Below are positions 25,974 to 34,712 of a stretch of 64,000 nt of DNA, piece by piece. Numbering within the stretch: position 1 is the first letter of the stretch; every line of letters starts with the position of its first letter. The position numbers were made by a program, and so were the translations under genes. The stretch lies in the IMG/VR virus record IMGVR_UViG_3300005841_000939; one strand, 5' to 3'. Below the pieces are notes generated by a model. The model was not told where the DNA came from and did no database searches. It saw only the letters and a list, made by a program, of their open reading frames with translations. Source of the stretch: a virus. Lineage: Duplodnaviria > Caudoviricetes.

Positions 25974-26297
25974 TCAATTTTTTCTAGGATTAAACGGAAC
26001 TTTTAAACCAATAAGCGAAGCGATTTCTTGATCTTTTTGAGGCAGCTTACTGATCACATATTTGTAAAAATCATCTGCGTTGTAATAAGGATAATGAAGC
26101 CATGTGAAGTCATATTCACCATGCTGCACTAATACCCTCTTATAAAATCCTTTTTCAGTGACAATGACATCAAAGTCACCATCCTCAATTGGATTTTCAG
26201 CATTGGCGAAACACCATTTTTCGCCAGAAACATCAAAAATTTCTTTGCTTTTTATTGCTCTATTGATCGCAATGATTACTAGTTCTTGTATTGTCAT
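25974..26297 (-). CDS. Hypothetical protein (start moved to ATG 26297)
   Basis: The annotated N-terminal extension overlaps the structured RNA; MTIQELVIIAINRAIK is the more plausible start. Confidence 0.65.
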   Translation of the reverse strand: MTIQELVIIAINRAIKSKEIFDVSGEKWCFANAENPIEDGDFDVIVTEKGFYKRVLVQHGEYDFTWLHYPYYNADDFYKYVISKLPQKDQEIASLIGLKVPFNPRKN

Positions 26298-26310
26298 AAA
26301 AGAGAAAGAA

Positions 26311-26506
26311 GATAGTGGCAGGATGCTCGTTCCGACTCTAAATAAAAAGCACAGATTAAGAGTTTTGACAATTGATTTTTGATGGTTGACTGTTGACAAG
26401 TTGAGTCTTGAGTCTTCGCATCGCGTTCATTGTCGTTATCGGTGCCGTATATTATATGGCCTGTACTCTTTACCCAAAGGCAGAAAGAGCAGAGCCTGCC
26501 ACCATC
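26311..26506 (-). ncRNA. Putative ~196-nt structured ncRNA: 41-bp interrupted terminal stem enclosing a 106-nt loop with seven UCAA heptads
   Basis: Arm 26506-26461 pairs with arm 26354-26311 (12+5+5+14+5 bp, 8 G-U pairs); starts 1 nt after the stop of 26508-26978. Confidence 0.72.
26365..26414 (-). repeat. Seven NNN-TCAA units at 7-nt period
   Basis: Plus-strand TTGA starts at 26365, 26372, 26379, 26386, 26393, 26401, 26408. Confidence 0.9.
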
Positions 26507-26507
26507 C

Positions 26508-26978
26508 TCAGATTTCAAAAGGGATCTTGATCTTGGTCAATGCATTGTGAGCATCAACCTCTTCTTGAAGGGTACCGATTTGTTCTTCCAGGTCATTGAC
26601 AGTCTTGTCAATACCAGCAGCATCAAAAACCTGATTGATCTTGATCTTGGTGATGTCCTGAGTTCCGTAAACACGCTCCGTCGTATACTCGCGGTTATCC
26701 GTTGGAACCGTGCGCCAGAATTGCACCAACGACTTCAACTCAGCCATCTGCGCCATCTTCCCATAGATAGGAACATTGGCTTCTTGGATGAGAGTCTTGA
26801 GCGAAATAAGGTTGTTGATCAGTTGGCCGAGAACATCAGACTCAACCTTGGCATCAAAAGAAGACTTATTGTTTTCCTGTGAAACGTTGGATGTCCGAAC
26901 CTTGTTTTGCGTTTCGGAAACCTTCTTGGCGAGGATGTTCTTGAGAGCCAGAGCTTTGCGGAGAGTTATTTCTTTCAT
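26508..26978 (-). CDS. DIP1984/DUF6847 (septicolysin-like) coiled-coil protein
   Basis: Architecture TLRKALALKNILAKK...SNVSQE...LISLKTLIQEAN...IDKTVNDLEEQIGTLQEEVDAHNALTKI matches my recollection of the family; C-ending codon bias. Confidence 0.6.
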   Translation of the reverse strand: MKEITLRKALALKNILAKKVSETQNKVRTSNVSQENNKSSFDAKVESDVLGQLINNLISLKTLIQEANVPIYGKMAQMAELKSLVQFWRTVPTDNREYTTERVYGTQDITKIKINQVFDAAGIDKTVNDLEEQIGTLQEEVDAHNALTKIKIPFEI

Positions 26979-26995
26979 GGTAATGTATTTCTACA

Positions 26996-27349
26996 TTAAT
27001 CATTTGAAGAGTCCAGGATTAAATTTTTAATCTGTGGGGTCAGCATATATAAAGTTCTAGGTACATCCTCTTCTTTTATTGCAAAATCATTGTGCAATGC
27101 TTGCTGAATTAATTCAAGGGATTTGATCATATCCTTTTCAAATCGCTTAGAATCCTTTGGATCCTTTAATAAATTCTTATCCTTCAATTTATGCATGAAG
27201 TGATACAATTCCAAATATGTAATACGCCATTCATTTTTATGGCACTCTTGATATACAGAATTGTGATCAACAATTTCTTTACCCATTTTTAGGATAATGG
27301 AGCACAATTTCTTTTGACGAACCGTCAATTTACGCATCGCGGTCATCAC
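26996..27349 (-). CDS. Hypothetical protein (possible winged-helix)
   Basis: 117-aa ORF; KLTVRQKKL...ITYLELYHFMHKL. Confidence 0.6.
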   Translation of the reverse strand: MMTAMRKLTVRQKKLCSIILKMGKEIVDHNSVYQECHKNEWRITYLELYHFMHKLKDKNLLKDPKDSKRFEKDMIKSLELIQQALHNDFAIKEEDVPRTLYMLTPQIKNLILDSSND

Positions 27350-27809
27350 GCACCATCATTTTATAGGTATGAATATCACGCACACAAATATTGGTCAAAA
27401 TGTCAATTCTATCTTTAACTATTTTCTTAAATCTCTCGTTAAATACCTGATGAAACAAATCATTGTGTTTGTCAATTTCATTAATCATGAAATTGGTGTA
27501 TGCTTCTTTAATTCGGTTTATGTATCCAATTTCATTTCCAGCAGCATAAGCTCGGCGCAAATCCGCTTTGACTTGATCATAAAGAGTTTTGTAATGAATG
27601 ACTAAAGTTTTGCTTTCCAACTTATACAGATTCCAGGAGAACATAAATCCATCATGATACTTACCGAAGTACAGGATTTCTGTTAAATCACTCTGGCGCT
27701 TATTTGCTGCGTGCAAAATGGTTGGCGGATATTGATTAAACTTGACGAGATTAACCGTCAATGCTGGATCCATATCCTCATAAAATTCAAGCTCGCTATA
27801 GATGGTCAT
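27330..27809 (-). CDS. Hypothetical protein
   Basis: Start moved to ATG 27809, 7 nt after the promoter -10. Confidence 0.7.
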   Translation of the reverse strand: MTIYSELEFYEDMDPALTVNLVKFNQYPPTILHAANKRQSDLTEILYFGKYHDGFMFSWNLYKLESKTLVIHYKTLYDQVKADLRRAYAAGNEIGYINRIKEAYTNFMINEIDKHNDLFHQVFNERFKKIVKDRIDILTNICVRDIHTYKMMVRDDRDA

Positions 27810-27816
27810 AAGACCT

Positions 27817-27844
27817 ACCATAGCGAGCTTTTATTAGAAATCAA
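27817..27844 (-). promoter_or_regulatory. sigma70-like promoter TTGATT-N16-TATGGT
   Basis: Intergenic; 7 nt upstream of ATG 27809. Confidence 0.5.
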
Positions 27845-27850
27845 GAGGTT

Positions 27851-28795
27851 TTATACTGGCGTTGTATGACCTTGAGCTAGGGCTGTCTCAAGGGTAGTAC
27901 AATCAAAGCGATCAATGTATGCAATCGTATCGTCTTTAACGATGACAATCAAAGGATCTTTTGGCTTAATTTCACTGGTGGCTCCTACAGTCTTCCAATC
28001 AGCTTCAACAATCAATTTAACTTCGCCACCTACAGAGTCTGCAATTTCTTTAGCCTCAATTATTGTTTTCTTTGCATTTTCAGGTATTAATCCTGGTACA
28101 TGCGTGACAAACTTCATACGAACATCTTCACTATCTTTGAAACTATTGTAATGTTTTATGCCAAAATTTGCCCAAGCTAAACATAGACAAGGGAGTAATA
28201 AAACCAAACCAAAAAATACTAATGGTCCAAGGCCACCAGCACCAGTTGTTATTCCAGAATATAGCATTATTCCTGCAATAATGCAACCAATTATACCAAG
28301 TATGAAATTTGATGTAGCACTTATATCGTTTAAGCTAAACCAGGATTTTGTGTAATTTATTGAAACATTAAACCATGATTGAACATTGGTTCTTAAACGC
28401 AATTCGCCAGACATTGAAATATCAGCGTGAACGCTCAATCCACCACGATCAATTGCATCAGAACCTAACTCAGGCCAATTTTTCAAATCAGTGATTGGCT
28501 GTTTAAAAGGATTTATCATTGCATAAACTGGTAAATCAACAATCAATGAAGGACGAGTTTCAAATGAAACTGTTTTCTTTTTCATTTTCTTCAAAATAGC
28601 AGGTTCAATATATTTTATTTTAGTATCATATCTATCTTGAACTGTTTGAAGCCACATATTGGCAACATCAAATTCTTTCTTTGAGTTTGTGAAACATTCT
28701 TCACATGGAAGTAGATTTTTAAGCTCAACTTGAGGCTTACTAACCTTAATATATTTAGTTTTGGAAACAACATCATCAAGAACATTAGTAGTCAT
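27851..28795 (-). CDS. Two-TM membrane protein, paralogue 1 of 3
   Basis: LLPCEE, LPVYAMINPF, two hydrophobic helices, PGLIP, LIVEADWK, PKDP, IDRFDCTTLE...AQGHTTPV. Confidence 0.85.
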   Translation of the reverse strand: MTTNVLDDVVSKTKYIKVSKPQVELKNLLPCEECFTNSKKEFDVANMWLQTVQDRYDTKIKYIEPAILKKMKKKTVSFETRPSLIVDLPVYAMINPFKQPITDLKNWPELGSDAIDRGGLSVHADISMSGELRLRTNVQSWFNVSINYTKSWFSLNDISATSNFILGIIGCIIAGIMLYSGITTGAGGLGPLVFFGLVLLLPCLCLAWANFGIKHYNSFKDSEDVRMKFVTHVPGLIPENAKKTIIEAKEIADSVGGEVKLIVEADWKTVGATSEIKPKDPLIVIVKDDTIAYIDRFDCTTLETALAQGHTTPV

Positions 28796-28837
28796 AATTG
28801 TATTTCTTTCAGAATTTTCTTGTATATCAAGAAAAAA

Positions 28838-29755
28838 TTATAGAGGAGTTGTGTAGCCTTGGGCCAAAGAAGTTTCAAGGGTTGTGCAATCAAAACGATC
28901 AACGTAGAAAATCATATTATCTTTAATGAGAACAATAACAGGATCTTTTGGAAGTATTTCGCTTTGTTGAAGTTTCCAATCAGCTTCAACTATCAAGCGA
29001 AGTTTGCAACTTTCTCTTCTATCATAATCACTCTGATCAGCAAAATCTCTTAATTCTTTTAACTTATTTTTAACATCTTTTGGAATTAGACCTGGAATTC
29101 TAGTTATAAACTCAAATTTTGCATAAACATCTTTATATAAAGTATTTTGAGTCAATCTGTAAACATTTGACAAAATATTTATTAGACCAACACTTCCTAC
29201 TGAAATTCCAACAAGTAAAGAAGTAAACGAATAGCTTAAAAAGAACATGAACAATACAGAAGCCAAAACAATAATTGAACCTACTATAATATTACTTTTA
29301 ATGCTCAAATCATCAAACAAATTAAAGAATGGTGTATAATTTTTGAAAGATGGTTGAAAGAAATGGCTTAAATTTGTCTCAAATTCTACTGACGTGTTTG
29401 CTTTTAATGACAACCTTCCAGTTAATTTACCAGTATCAGTACCGTTATGAATATACGTACCTTCTTCTACTCTTTTAAATGGATCAATGAACGCATAAAC
29501 TGGCAAACCAATCTTTAAAGAAGGATTGTCAGGAAATGTTACTGTATATTCTTTATTTTTCTTAAGGATTTCTGGATGCAAATATTTCAACTTGTGACCA
29601 AACTTATCTTCAAATCGTTTCAACCACTTAAAATCTATGTTGTTTGGTACATCAACCAAACCTTCTTCACATGGAAGAATATCTTCAGTACTCTTCACAT
29701 CCTGAACTGGAATAACTGAAACAATAACATCTTCAAGGGTTGGTGCAATATTCAT
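28838..29755 (-). CDS. Two-TM membrane protein, paralogue 2 of 3
   Basis: Same conserved blocks (ILPCEE, PGLIP, LIVEADWK, VDRFDCTTLE, AQGYTTPL). Confidence 0.85.
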   Translation of the reverse strand: MNIAPTLEDVIVSVIPVQDVKSTEDILPCEEGLVDVPNNIDFKWLKRFEDKFGHKLKYLHPEILKKNKEYTVTFPDNPSLKIGLPVYAFIDPFKRVEEGTYIHNGTDTGKLTGRLSLKANTSVEFETNLSHFFQPSFKNYTPFFNLFDDLSIKSNIIVGSIIVLASVLFMFFLSYSFTSLLVGISVGSVGLINILSNVYRLTQNTLYKDVYAKFEFITRIPGLIPKDVKNKLKELRDFADQSDYDRRESCKLRLIVEADWKLQQSEILPKDPVIVLIKDNMIFYVDRFDCTTLETSLAQGYTTPL

Positions 29756-29796
29756 ATGGGTATTCTCTCACGAAATAGTTATTTACCAAATTGTTT

Positions 29797-30729
29797 TTAA
29801 ACAGGGGTGGTGTGGCCTTGAGCAATCAAATTCTCTTTGGTGGTGCAATCAAAACGATCAATATAAGCAATCGTATCACCTTTGACGATAACAATGATTG
29901 GATCTTTATTTTCAGGTATGATAGTTCTTTCAACACGGCTAACTTTCCAATCAGCTTCAACAATCAAATAAAGTTCACCACCAACATTTTTTGCAACTTT
30001 TGTTGCCTTTTCAATTTTCTTTTTAGCATCTGGTGGAATTAACCCTGGAAGCATAGTGGAAAAATGTAACTTACATCTTTCATTTTTGACAAATGTATTT
30101 TTATGTAAGTTAACAACAGAAGGAATTGCAAATAAACCACCAAAAATAGATGCAATGCCAGCAATACAAGAAACCAAAACTCTAAGTGGAGTTTCATCAC
30201 AAAATTTAAAAATGGAAAATACAGCTATTGCTGAAACAGCTAGTATAATTGTTCCTGTTATAAAGTTTGCAACAGTTGACATGTCGTCATTTAATAACCA
30301 ATTTTCTTTAACTTTCACATCAACAGTATTTAATGGATGATGTGAAGTATCAACTTTGGATTCTCTATCTCTATCACTAGTAATTTCAACGGTTATTCCG
30401 CCTCGCCGTTGTAAATCATTTCCATAATATTCATCAGTTGGATTTATTGAAGGTAAATGTGGATCAATCAACGCAAATTCAGGTAAACCAATTTTAAGTG
30501 CTTGACGACCTTTTATTTTTATTGAATGATTTTTTGTCCCTTTCAATACTTCTGGATGAAATTTTCTGATTGGGGCGCCATATTCTTTTTGAACAAGTTT
30601 TAACCATTCATTGCTATTCTTCTTGTGATTTTCGCTGAAATGTCTTTCACATGGAAGAAGATTTTCAACAATATGATCTTCAACTAATTCAGAGGAAGTT
30701 TCAATAAGATTTGCGAGAGTAGAAACCAT
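29797..30729 (-). CDS. Two-TM membrane protein, paralogue 3 of 3
   Basis: Same conserved blocks (LLPCER, PGLIP, LIVEADWK, IDRFDCTTKE, AQGHTTPV). Confidence 0.85.
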   Translation of the reverse strand: MVSTLANLIETSSELVEDHIVENLLPCERHFSENHKKNSNEWLKLVQKEYGAPIRKFHPEVLKGTKNHSIKIKGRQALKIGLPEFALIDPHLPSINPTDEYYGNDLQRRGGITVEITSDRDRESKVDTSHHPLNTVDVKVKENWLLNDDMSTVANFITGTIILAVSAIAVFSIFKFCDETPLRVLVSCIAGIASIFGGLFAIPSVVNLHKNTFVKNERCKLHFSTMLPGLIPPDAKKKIEKATKVAKNVGGELYLIVEADWKVSRVERTIIPENKDPIIVIVKGDTIAYIDRFDCTTKENLIAQGHTTPV

Positions 30730-30743
30730 GATATATCCTTGCG

Positions 30744-31133
30744 TTATTTGGTGAGACTTTTGCGAGCCATTTTGTAATCAATCAACTTTGGAACTTTTAG
30801 AATTTTCGTATATTCGTTAATGAATTTATTATTTTTAAATACATCTTGTATATCCATCACTGATGTTGATTGATCAATTGCTTCATTAATTTGAGCCATT
30901 AATTCTTCCAGTTTTCTCAAACTAGGGAGCTTCTTATATGAGTGACCTTTTGGAATTGTTGATTTTTTATTTTTAATTCTTGCCCAAGCATAAATATCAA
31001 ACTGTACTCTGTGTTTTAAAACTAATAACGCTACAAGCCTGTCAGATATTTCCAATGTATTATCTTTTGAATATGCATTCAAAATCGTTTCAGAAATATC
31101 ATAAAACGTAGCTTTAGAAGGCATAGTTTTCAT
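30744..31133 (-). CDS. Hypothetical protein
   Basis: 129-aa ORF directly after a promoter. Confidence 0.7.
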   Translation of the reverse strand: MKTMPSKATFYDISETILNAYSKDNTLEISDRLVALLVLKHRVQFDIYAWARIKNKKSTIPKGHSYKKLPSLRKLEELMAQINEAIDQSTSVMDIQDVFKNNKFINEYTKILKVPKLIDYKMARKSLTK

Positions 31134-31139
31134 GGCTTG

Positions 31140-31167
31140 ATCTTATCGTTGGAAGTTTGGATGTCAA
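31140..31167 (-). promoter_or_regulatory. sigma70-like promoter TTGACA-N16-TAAGAT
   Basis: 6 nt upstream of ATG 31133. Confidence 0.65.
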
Positions 31168-31181
31168 AATACTTACCTAAA

Positions 31182-31216
31182 ACAAAAAAGCCACCAGTTG
31201 TTACACTGATGGCTTT
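31182..31216 (-). terminator. Intrinsic terminator after the vWA gene
   Basis: AAGCCATCAG-TGTAACAA-CTGGTGGCTT followed by a T run. Confidence 0.8.
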
Positions 31217-31235
31217 CCTAAATGAACTAGAAAGT

Positions 31236-31979
31236 TCAGATAGAGATTGACTGAGAAGGACCACCGGTCCCAAGAGCCTGAGACTGAGCCGAAATGCTCT
31301 TGCTCACGAACTGCGCCAGCTTGGCGATTGAGCTTTTCGTTGCATCCTTGATTTCAACGAATTGCGTGAACCCAGCATCCTGTTGGAGAGTGCGAAGTTC
31401 ATTGGCAACCTGAGAATCGCTCATGTTGACACCGACGAGAATTGAGACGATGCTTTCCAGCGATTCTTCCTTCATCATGGAAACCAGAGCTTCCTTGATG
31501 CGATCCTTGCCGTAGTTGCTGGAATTGTTCATGCCATCGGTGATCACGATGACGATGCCGTTTGCCGAGAAGTGCTGAGCATTCAGCGATTTGCCGTAAG
31601 CTGCCGTTGCTTCCACAGCATTGACGCATGCATCGTAGAGGGCAGTCATACCACCGTCACCGAGCAGGTTGGCATAGTCGCCAGCATTGATCGTCATCAG
31701 GGGCTTGAATCCGTGGAATTCTTTCAGCGCACTGCTGAAAGTGGTGACACGAATCAACAGGTTGTCTGCACGGGGACTGTAGCGACAGGCCTTGACGATT
31801 TCCTCCATGCAGTTGATCATGTCAGAACGGAAACTGTTGATGCTTCCCGAATCATCAACAGCGACAGTGATGAGGGTATATTCATCAGCGCCGAGGGATT
31901 CGATTTTCGTGGCCGAGAAGGTGAATGCACCAGGAAGCTTGAATTGTTCCAGGTCATCCGCTGCGTTGAGTTTGGGCAT
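31236..31979 (-). CDS. von Willebrand A domain protein, TerY/YegL-like
   Basis: MIDAS VDDSGS, GMTALYDA, VITDGMNNSS. Confidence 0.9.
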   Translation of the reverse strand: MPKLNAADDLEQFKLPGAFTFSATKIESLGADEYTLITVAVDDSGSINSFRSDMINCMEEIVKACRYSPRADNLLIRVTTFSSALKEFHGFKPLMTINAGDYANLLGDGGMTALYDACVNAVEATAAYGKSLNAQHFSANGIVIVITDGMNNSSNYGKDRIKEALVSMMKEESLESIVSILVGVNMSDSQVANELRTLQQDAGFTQFVEIKDATKSSIAKLAQFVSKSISAQSQALGTGGPSQSISI

Positions 31980-31990
31980 TTGGAGGTTCC

Positions 31991-32800
31991 TTACTTGAGG
32001 ACTTCGGTGCTCTTGGCAAGACGCATGCCGCGAGCAGTCATTTTGGTGATGAAAGCCTGCGCGGCTGATTCAAACCCCGGGACAGGAGAAGTGAGGTCAG
32101 TGAGAAGAACAATCTTCTTCACGTAGTCGTCGTTGCCGAATGCATCAGCGAGGTCGATGACCGTATTCGCCACGCAGTGAGACAGTGCCTGACCAGCGAT
32201 GAACAGATCATCGCAATCATTTTGCAGGGTGGTGACGAGGGGAACGTTCAGACCAGTCGAAGGATCCTCAGGATCGGGCACTTCAGCCTTGATGGCCGAA
32301 TAGTGTTCGGTGAACATGTTGCTGCCTTTGGTGACCTTGTCCACCACATTACCAGCGACATCTTCCCAATCCGTAAGAGATTGGAGAACCGAAGTTTCCA
32401 CACAAGCACCAGGGGTGCCGATGCGACAGTGAGGCGGCCAGATGCAGAGAGGATAGCGACCACCAGCTTTCAAGGCACGAGTGTATGCCAGAGCCTTCTT
32501 GAACGTTGATGGAACAGAAACATTCCATATACCATTCACCACGTCCTCATCGGGGATGATCGTGAAAGGAACAGGATGGTTGCCGTTGCGATCCTTCCAG
32601 AAGATCGGATGGGCGATGTCGAAATGATGATGCGAATCCAAGGTGACGTGAATATCAGCCAGACGATCACCGACACGTTTCACGAACGTTGCCGTACGGT
32701 CGCAGTCATCGGGCGAACCTGCGACGAAAAGAGACCCTGCAGGATTGCAGAAATCCACTTGAGGATCGATCAACAGAAGATGTGGACGTGCGATAGCCAT
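31991..32800 (-). CDS. pncA: Nicotinamidase/isochorismatase-family cysteine hydrolase
   Basis: IDPQVDF (Asp), DSH and WPPHC (metal ligands), TKG (Lys), GQALSHCV (Cys). Confidence 0.82.
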   Translation of the reverse strand: MAIARPHLLLIDPQVDFCNPAGSLFVAGSPDDCDRTATFVKRVGDRLADIHVTLDSHHHFDIAHPIFWKDRNGNHPVPFTIIPDEDVVNGIWNVSVPSTFKKALAYTRALKAGGRYPLCIWPPHCRIGTPGACVETSVLQSLTDWEDVAGNVVDKVTKGSNMFTEHYSAIKAEVPDPEDPSTGLNVPLVTTLQNDCDDLFIAGQALSHCVANTVIDLADAFGNDDYVKKIVLLTDLTSPVPGFESAAQAFITKMTARGMRLAKSTEVLK

Positions 32801-32827
32801 GTATGTTCCTTTGGAGGGTAGGAACTC

Positions 32828-32855
32828 ACTCTAATGCATTACCACCTTAAGTCAA
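32828..32855 (-). promoter_or_regulatory. sigma70-like promoter TTGACT-N16-TAGAGT for the nicotinamidase-vWA operon
   Basis: Intergenic; AAGGA Shine-Dalgarno before ATG 32800. Confidence 0.6.
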
Positions 32856-32859
32856 TACG

Positions 32860-33180
32860 CTATTCCTTTTCCAATATTCCAATGAGGATTGCTCTATTAA
32901 GTTCATCTTTTGTCCAATCAAGGCCAGTTTCTTTCTTCAAGGCAGCTAAAACCTCAACCGTCTGATTTCTTAGAACACCAAAAATTCTCTCTTGGAGGAT
33001 TTTATAAACCTCTTTTCCATTTACTCTTACAGATTTATATTCCTTTAAATCATCAGTATACAGATTATCAACAATGAGAAAATTCCAAGAAGTAGGTTTT
33101 ACTACTTTTTCAATTTTCTTTTTAACAGCTTTTTTCTTAGTAGGCATTTGTTCTTTCTTAAACCAAATCGCTTTGTTCAA
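32860..33180 (-). CDS. Hypothetical protein
   Basis: ORF in operon; likely start MPTKKK at 33147. Confidence 0.65.
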   Translation of the reverse strand: MNKAIWFKKEQMPTKKKAVKKKIEKVVKPTSWNFLIVDNLYTDDLKEYKSVRVNGKEVYKILQERIFGVLRNQTVEVLAALKKETGLDWTKDELNRAILIGILEKE

Positions 33181-33415
33181 TTTTTCTTTTGCGCAAACAG
33201 TTAGTGAAATTTTCTGGCTTTATGTTTCCATCAATTGCCTTCTCTACTTTTAAACGACAATCACCCAAATGCTTTTTTAATTCTTCAACTTTACTTTCAT
33301 CCATAGCCAAATTGAGATTCATTTTAAACACTTCAATATTTTCCATGAGAAATGGACGCCAAGCGCAACCATTACCATCAATTATTACATTTGCAGGATC
33401 TATTTTCCAAGTCAT
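33158..33415 (-). CDS. Hypothetical protein
   Basis: ATGA-coupled to the Nudix gene. Confidence 0.65.
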   Translation of the reverse strand: MTWKIDPANVIIDGNGCAWRPFLMENIEVFKMNLNLAMDESKVEELKKHLGDCRLKVEKAIDGNIKPENFTNCLRKRKIEQSDLV

Positions 33416-33831
33416 TTTATATATTTCTGTTTTACAAAGTGTGATTGAGTCTCATGTATTCTATCAACTGCATCTTTAGGATCTATCATTTCCCATTTAT
33501 CAATTTCAAAATATCCTTTTTCAGTCTTTGTTGAACAAAGCAATTTTTCAACTTCTATAACAAATTTTACTTTAATCCAAAAAGCAATTAACTTTTTCTT
33601 TTTATGCCCGTAAGCTTTTTCTCCAAGCAATTCAAGCTCATCATGCGCCCAATTTAATTCTAAACCAGTTTCTTCTCGGGTTTCTCTTATTGCAGTTTCA
33701 ACATCAGTTTCACCTTCATTCTTTTTACCCTTTGGAATAGACCAACCAATACTATCTTTAATTCCATGCGGCCTACAAATCAATATTTTACCGGTTGCAT
33801 CTTCAATAATTATTCCACATGTTTTTATCAT
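33412..33831 (-). CDS. Nudix hydrolase
   Basis: Nudix box GKKNEGETDVETAIRETREETGL. Confidence 0.93.
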   Translation of the reverse strand: MIKTCGIIIEDATGKILICRPHGIKDSIGWSIPKGKKNEGETDVETAIRETREETGLELNWAHDELELLGEKAYGHKKKKLIAFWIKVKFVIEVEKLLCSTKTEKGYFEIDKWEMIDPKDAVDRIHETQSHFVKQKYIK

Positions 33832-33833
33832 AA

Positions 33834-34259
33834 TTACTTCACCGGTACGTGTTCCAATACTTCAAAATAACTAGCAAGATCATTCCATACATTTGCATAT
33901 TGCAAATTATTATACTTTTCTAAATAATAAACTTTTTTGATGTTATTTTGAAGAAGCAATCCCAAACATCTATGACATGGTTGTAATGTCACATAAATAC
34001 TGCAACCATTTGTATTAAACGGGCAAAAACTTATTGCATTTTCTTCTGCGTGCCGTACGTACTCATATTTAAGTGGTCGTTGCCATTTTTCAGCAGTTTC
34101 AATAATTCCTTTTGGAAAACCATTATATCCAGTTGAAAATTGATTATTATCAGGATGAACTATACATGCACCAACATGTGTTGATGGATCTTTACTCAGT
34201 CCTGATGCTGCTAATGCATATTTAAAATATGTATCATGTAGGAGTTGTTGTGTTGGCAT
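33834..34259 (-). CDS. Deoxycytidylate (dCMP) deaminase
   Basis: SKDPSTHVGACIV, TGYNGFP, HAEENA, PCHRC zinc motifs. Confidence 0.92.
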   Translation of the reverse strand: MPTQQLLHDTYFKYALAASGLSKDPSTHVGACIVHPDNNQFSTGYNGFPKGIIETAEKWQRPLKYEYVRHAEENAISFCPFNTNGCSIYVTLQPCHRCLGLLLQNNIKKVYYLEKYNNLQYANVWNDLASYFEVLEHVPVK

Positions 34260-34491
34260 TTTTGTTCTTTGATTCTACCCAATCTATACATTTTTGCAAA
34301 GTCCAGTTACTAGAAATATCCACACATTCGTAAACTACTTCTTTTTCATCGGGATCAATTATTTGAGAAAACCATGCGCCAGATTTCCATTGTCTAGGTT
34401 TAACAATAGCATAAACCTTTTTCTTTGGTGCTGGTGGAACTTCTTCTTGTTTTGGTGTCTCTTCGGGAACTGGAGGTACTTCGTCAGTCAT
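34234..34491 (-). CDS. Hypothetical protein
   Basis: Pro/Glu-rich N-terminus; coupled to neighbour. Confidence 0.65.
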   Translation of the reverse strand: MTDEVPPVPEETPKQEEVPPAPKKKVYAIVKPRQWKSGAWFSQIIDPDEKEVVYECVDISSNWTLQKCIDWVESKNKNANTTTPT

Positions 34492-34688
34492 GAATGTCTT
34501 TCTCCTTCTTGAAAAATTAACATAGATGGTACCTCAATTATTTGATAGGTATCCATATATTGACAATGTGAACTATTTTTAAAAAACTCAAATGCCCAAC
34601 CTGGTGTTTCAAAATCACCACATAGATCATTAAACCCACCCTTTGAATCAGGTGAATTCCAAGCAAATAAATAATATCTTGTTTTCAC
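34488..34688 (-). CDS. Hypothetical protein
   Basis: GTG start 5 nt after TATAAT. Confidence 0.6.
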   Translation of the reverse strand: MKTRYYLFAWNSPDSKGGFNDLCGDFETPGWAFEFFKNSSHCQYMDTYQIIEVPSMLIFQEGERHS

Positions 34689-34712
34689 ACTGCATATTAT
34701 AGTGAAAAATAA

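Noticed and set aside
26365-26414. TCAA heptads as a CRISPR array, type III antitoxin repeats or an RT template
   Set aside because: The units are 7 nt with 3-4-nt spacers, far too short for CRISPR or ToxI-type repeats, and no cas, ToxN-like or RT gene is nearby.
26294-26882. Track ORFs 26294-26518 (minus) and 26430-26882 (plus)
   Set aside because: They overlap the structured RNA or lie antisense to a well-formed gene, with no recognisable motifs.
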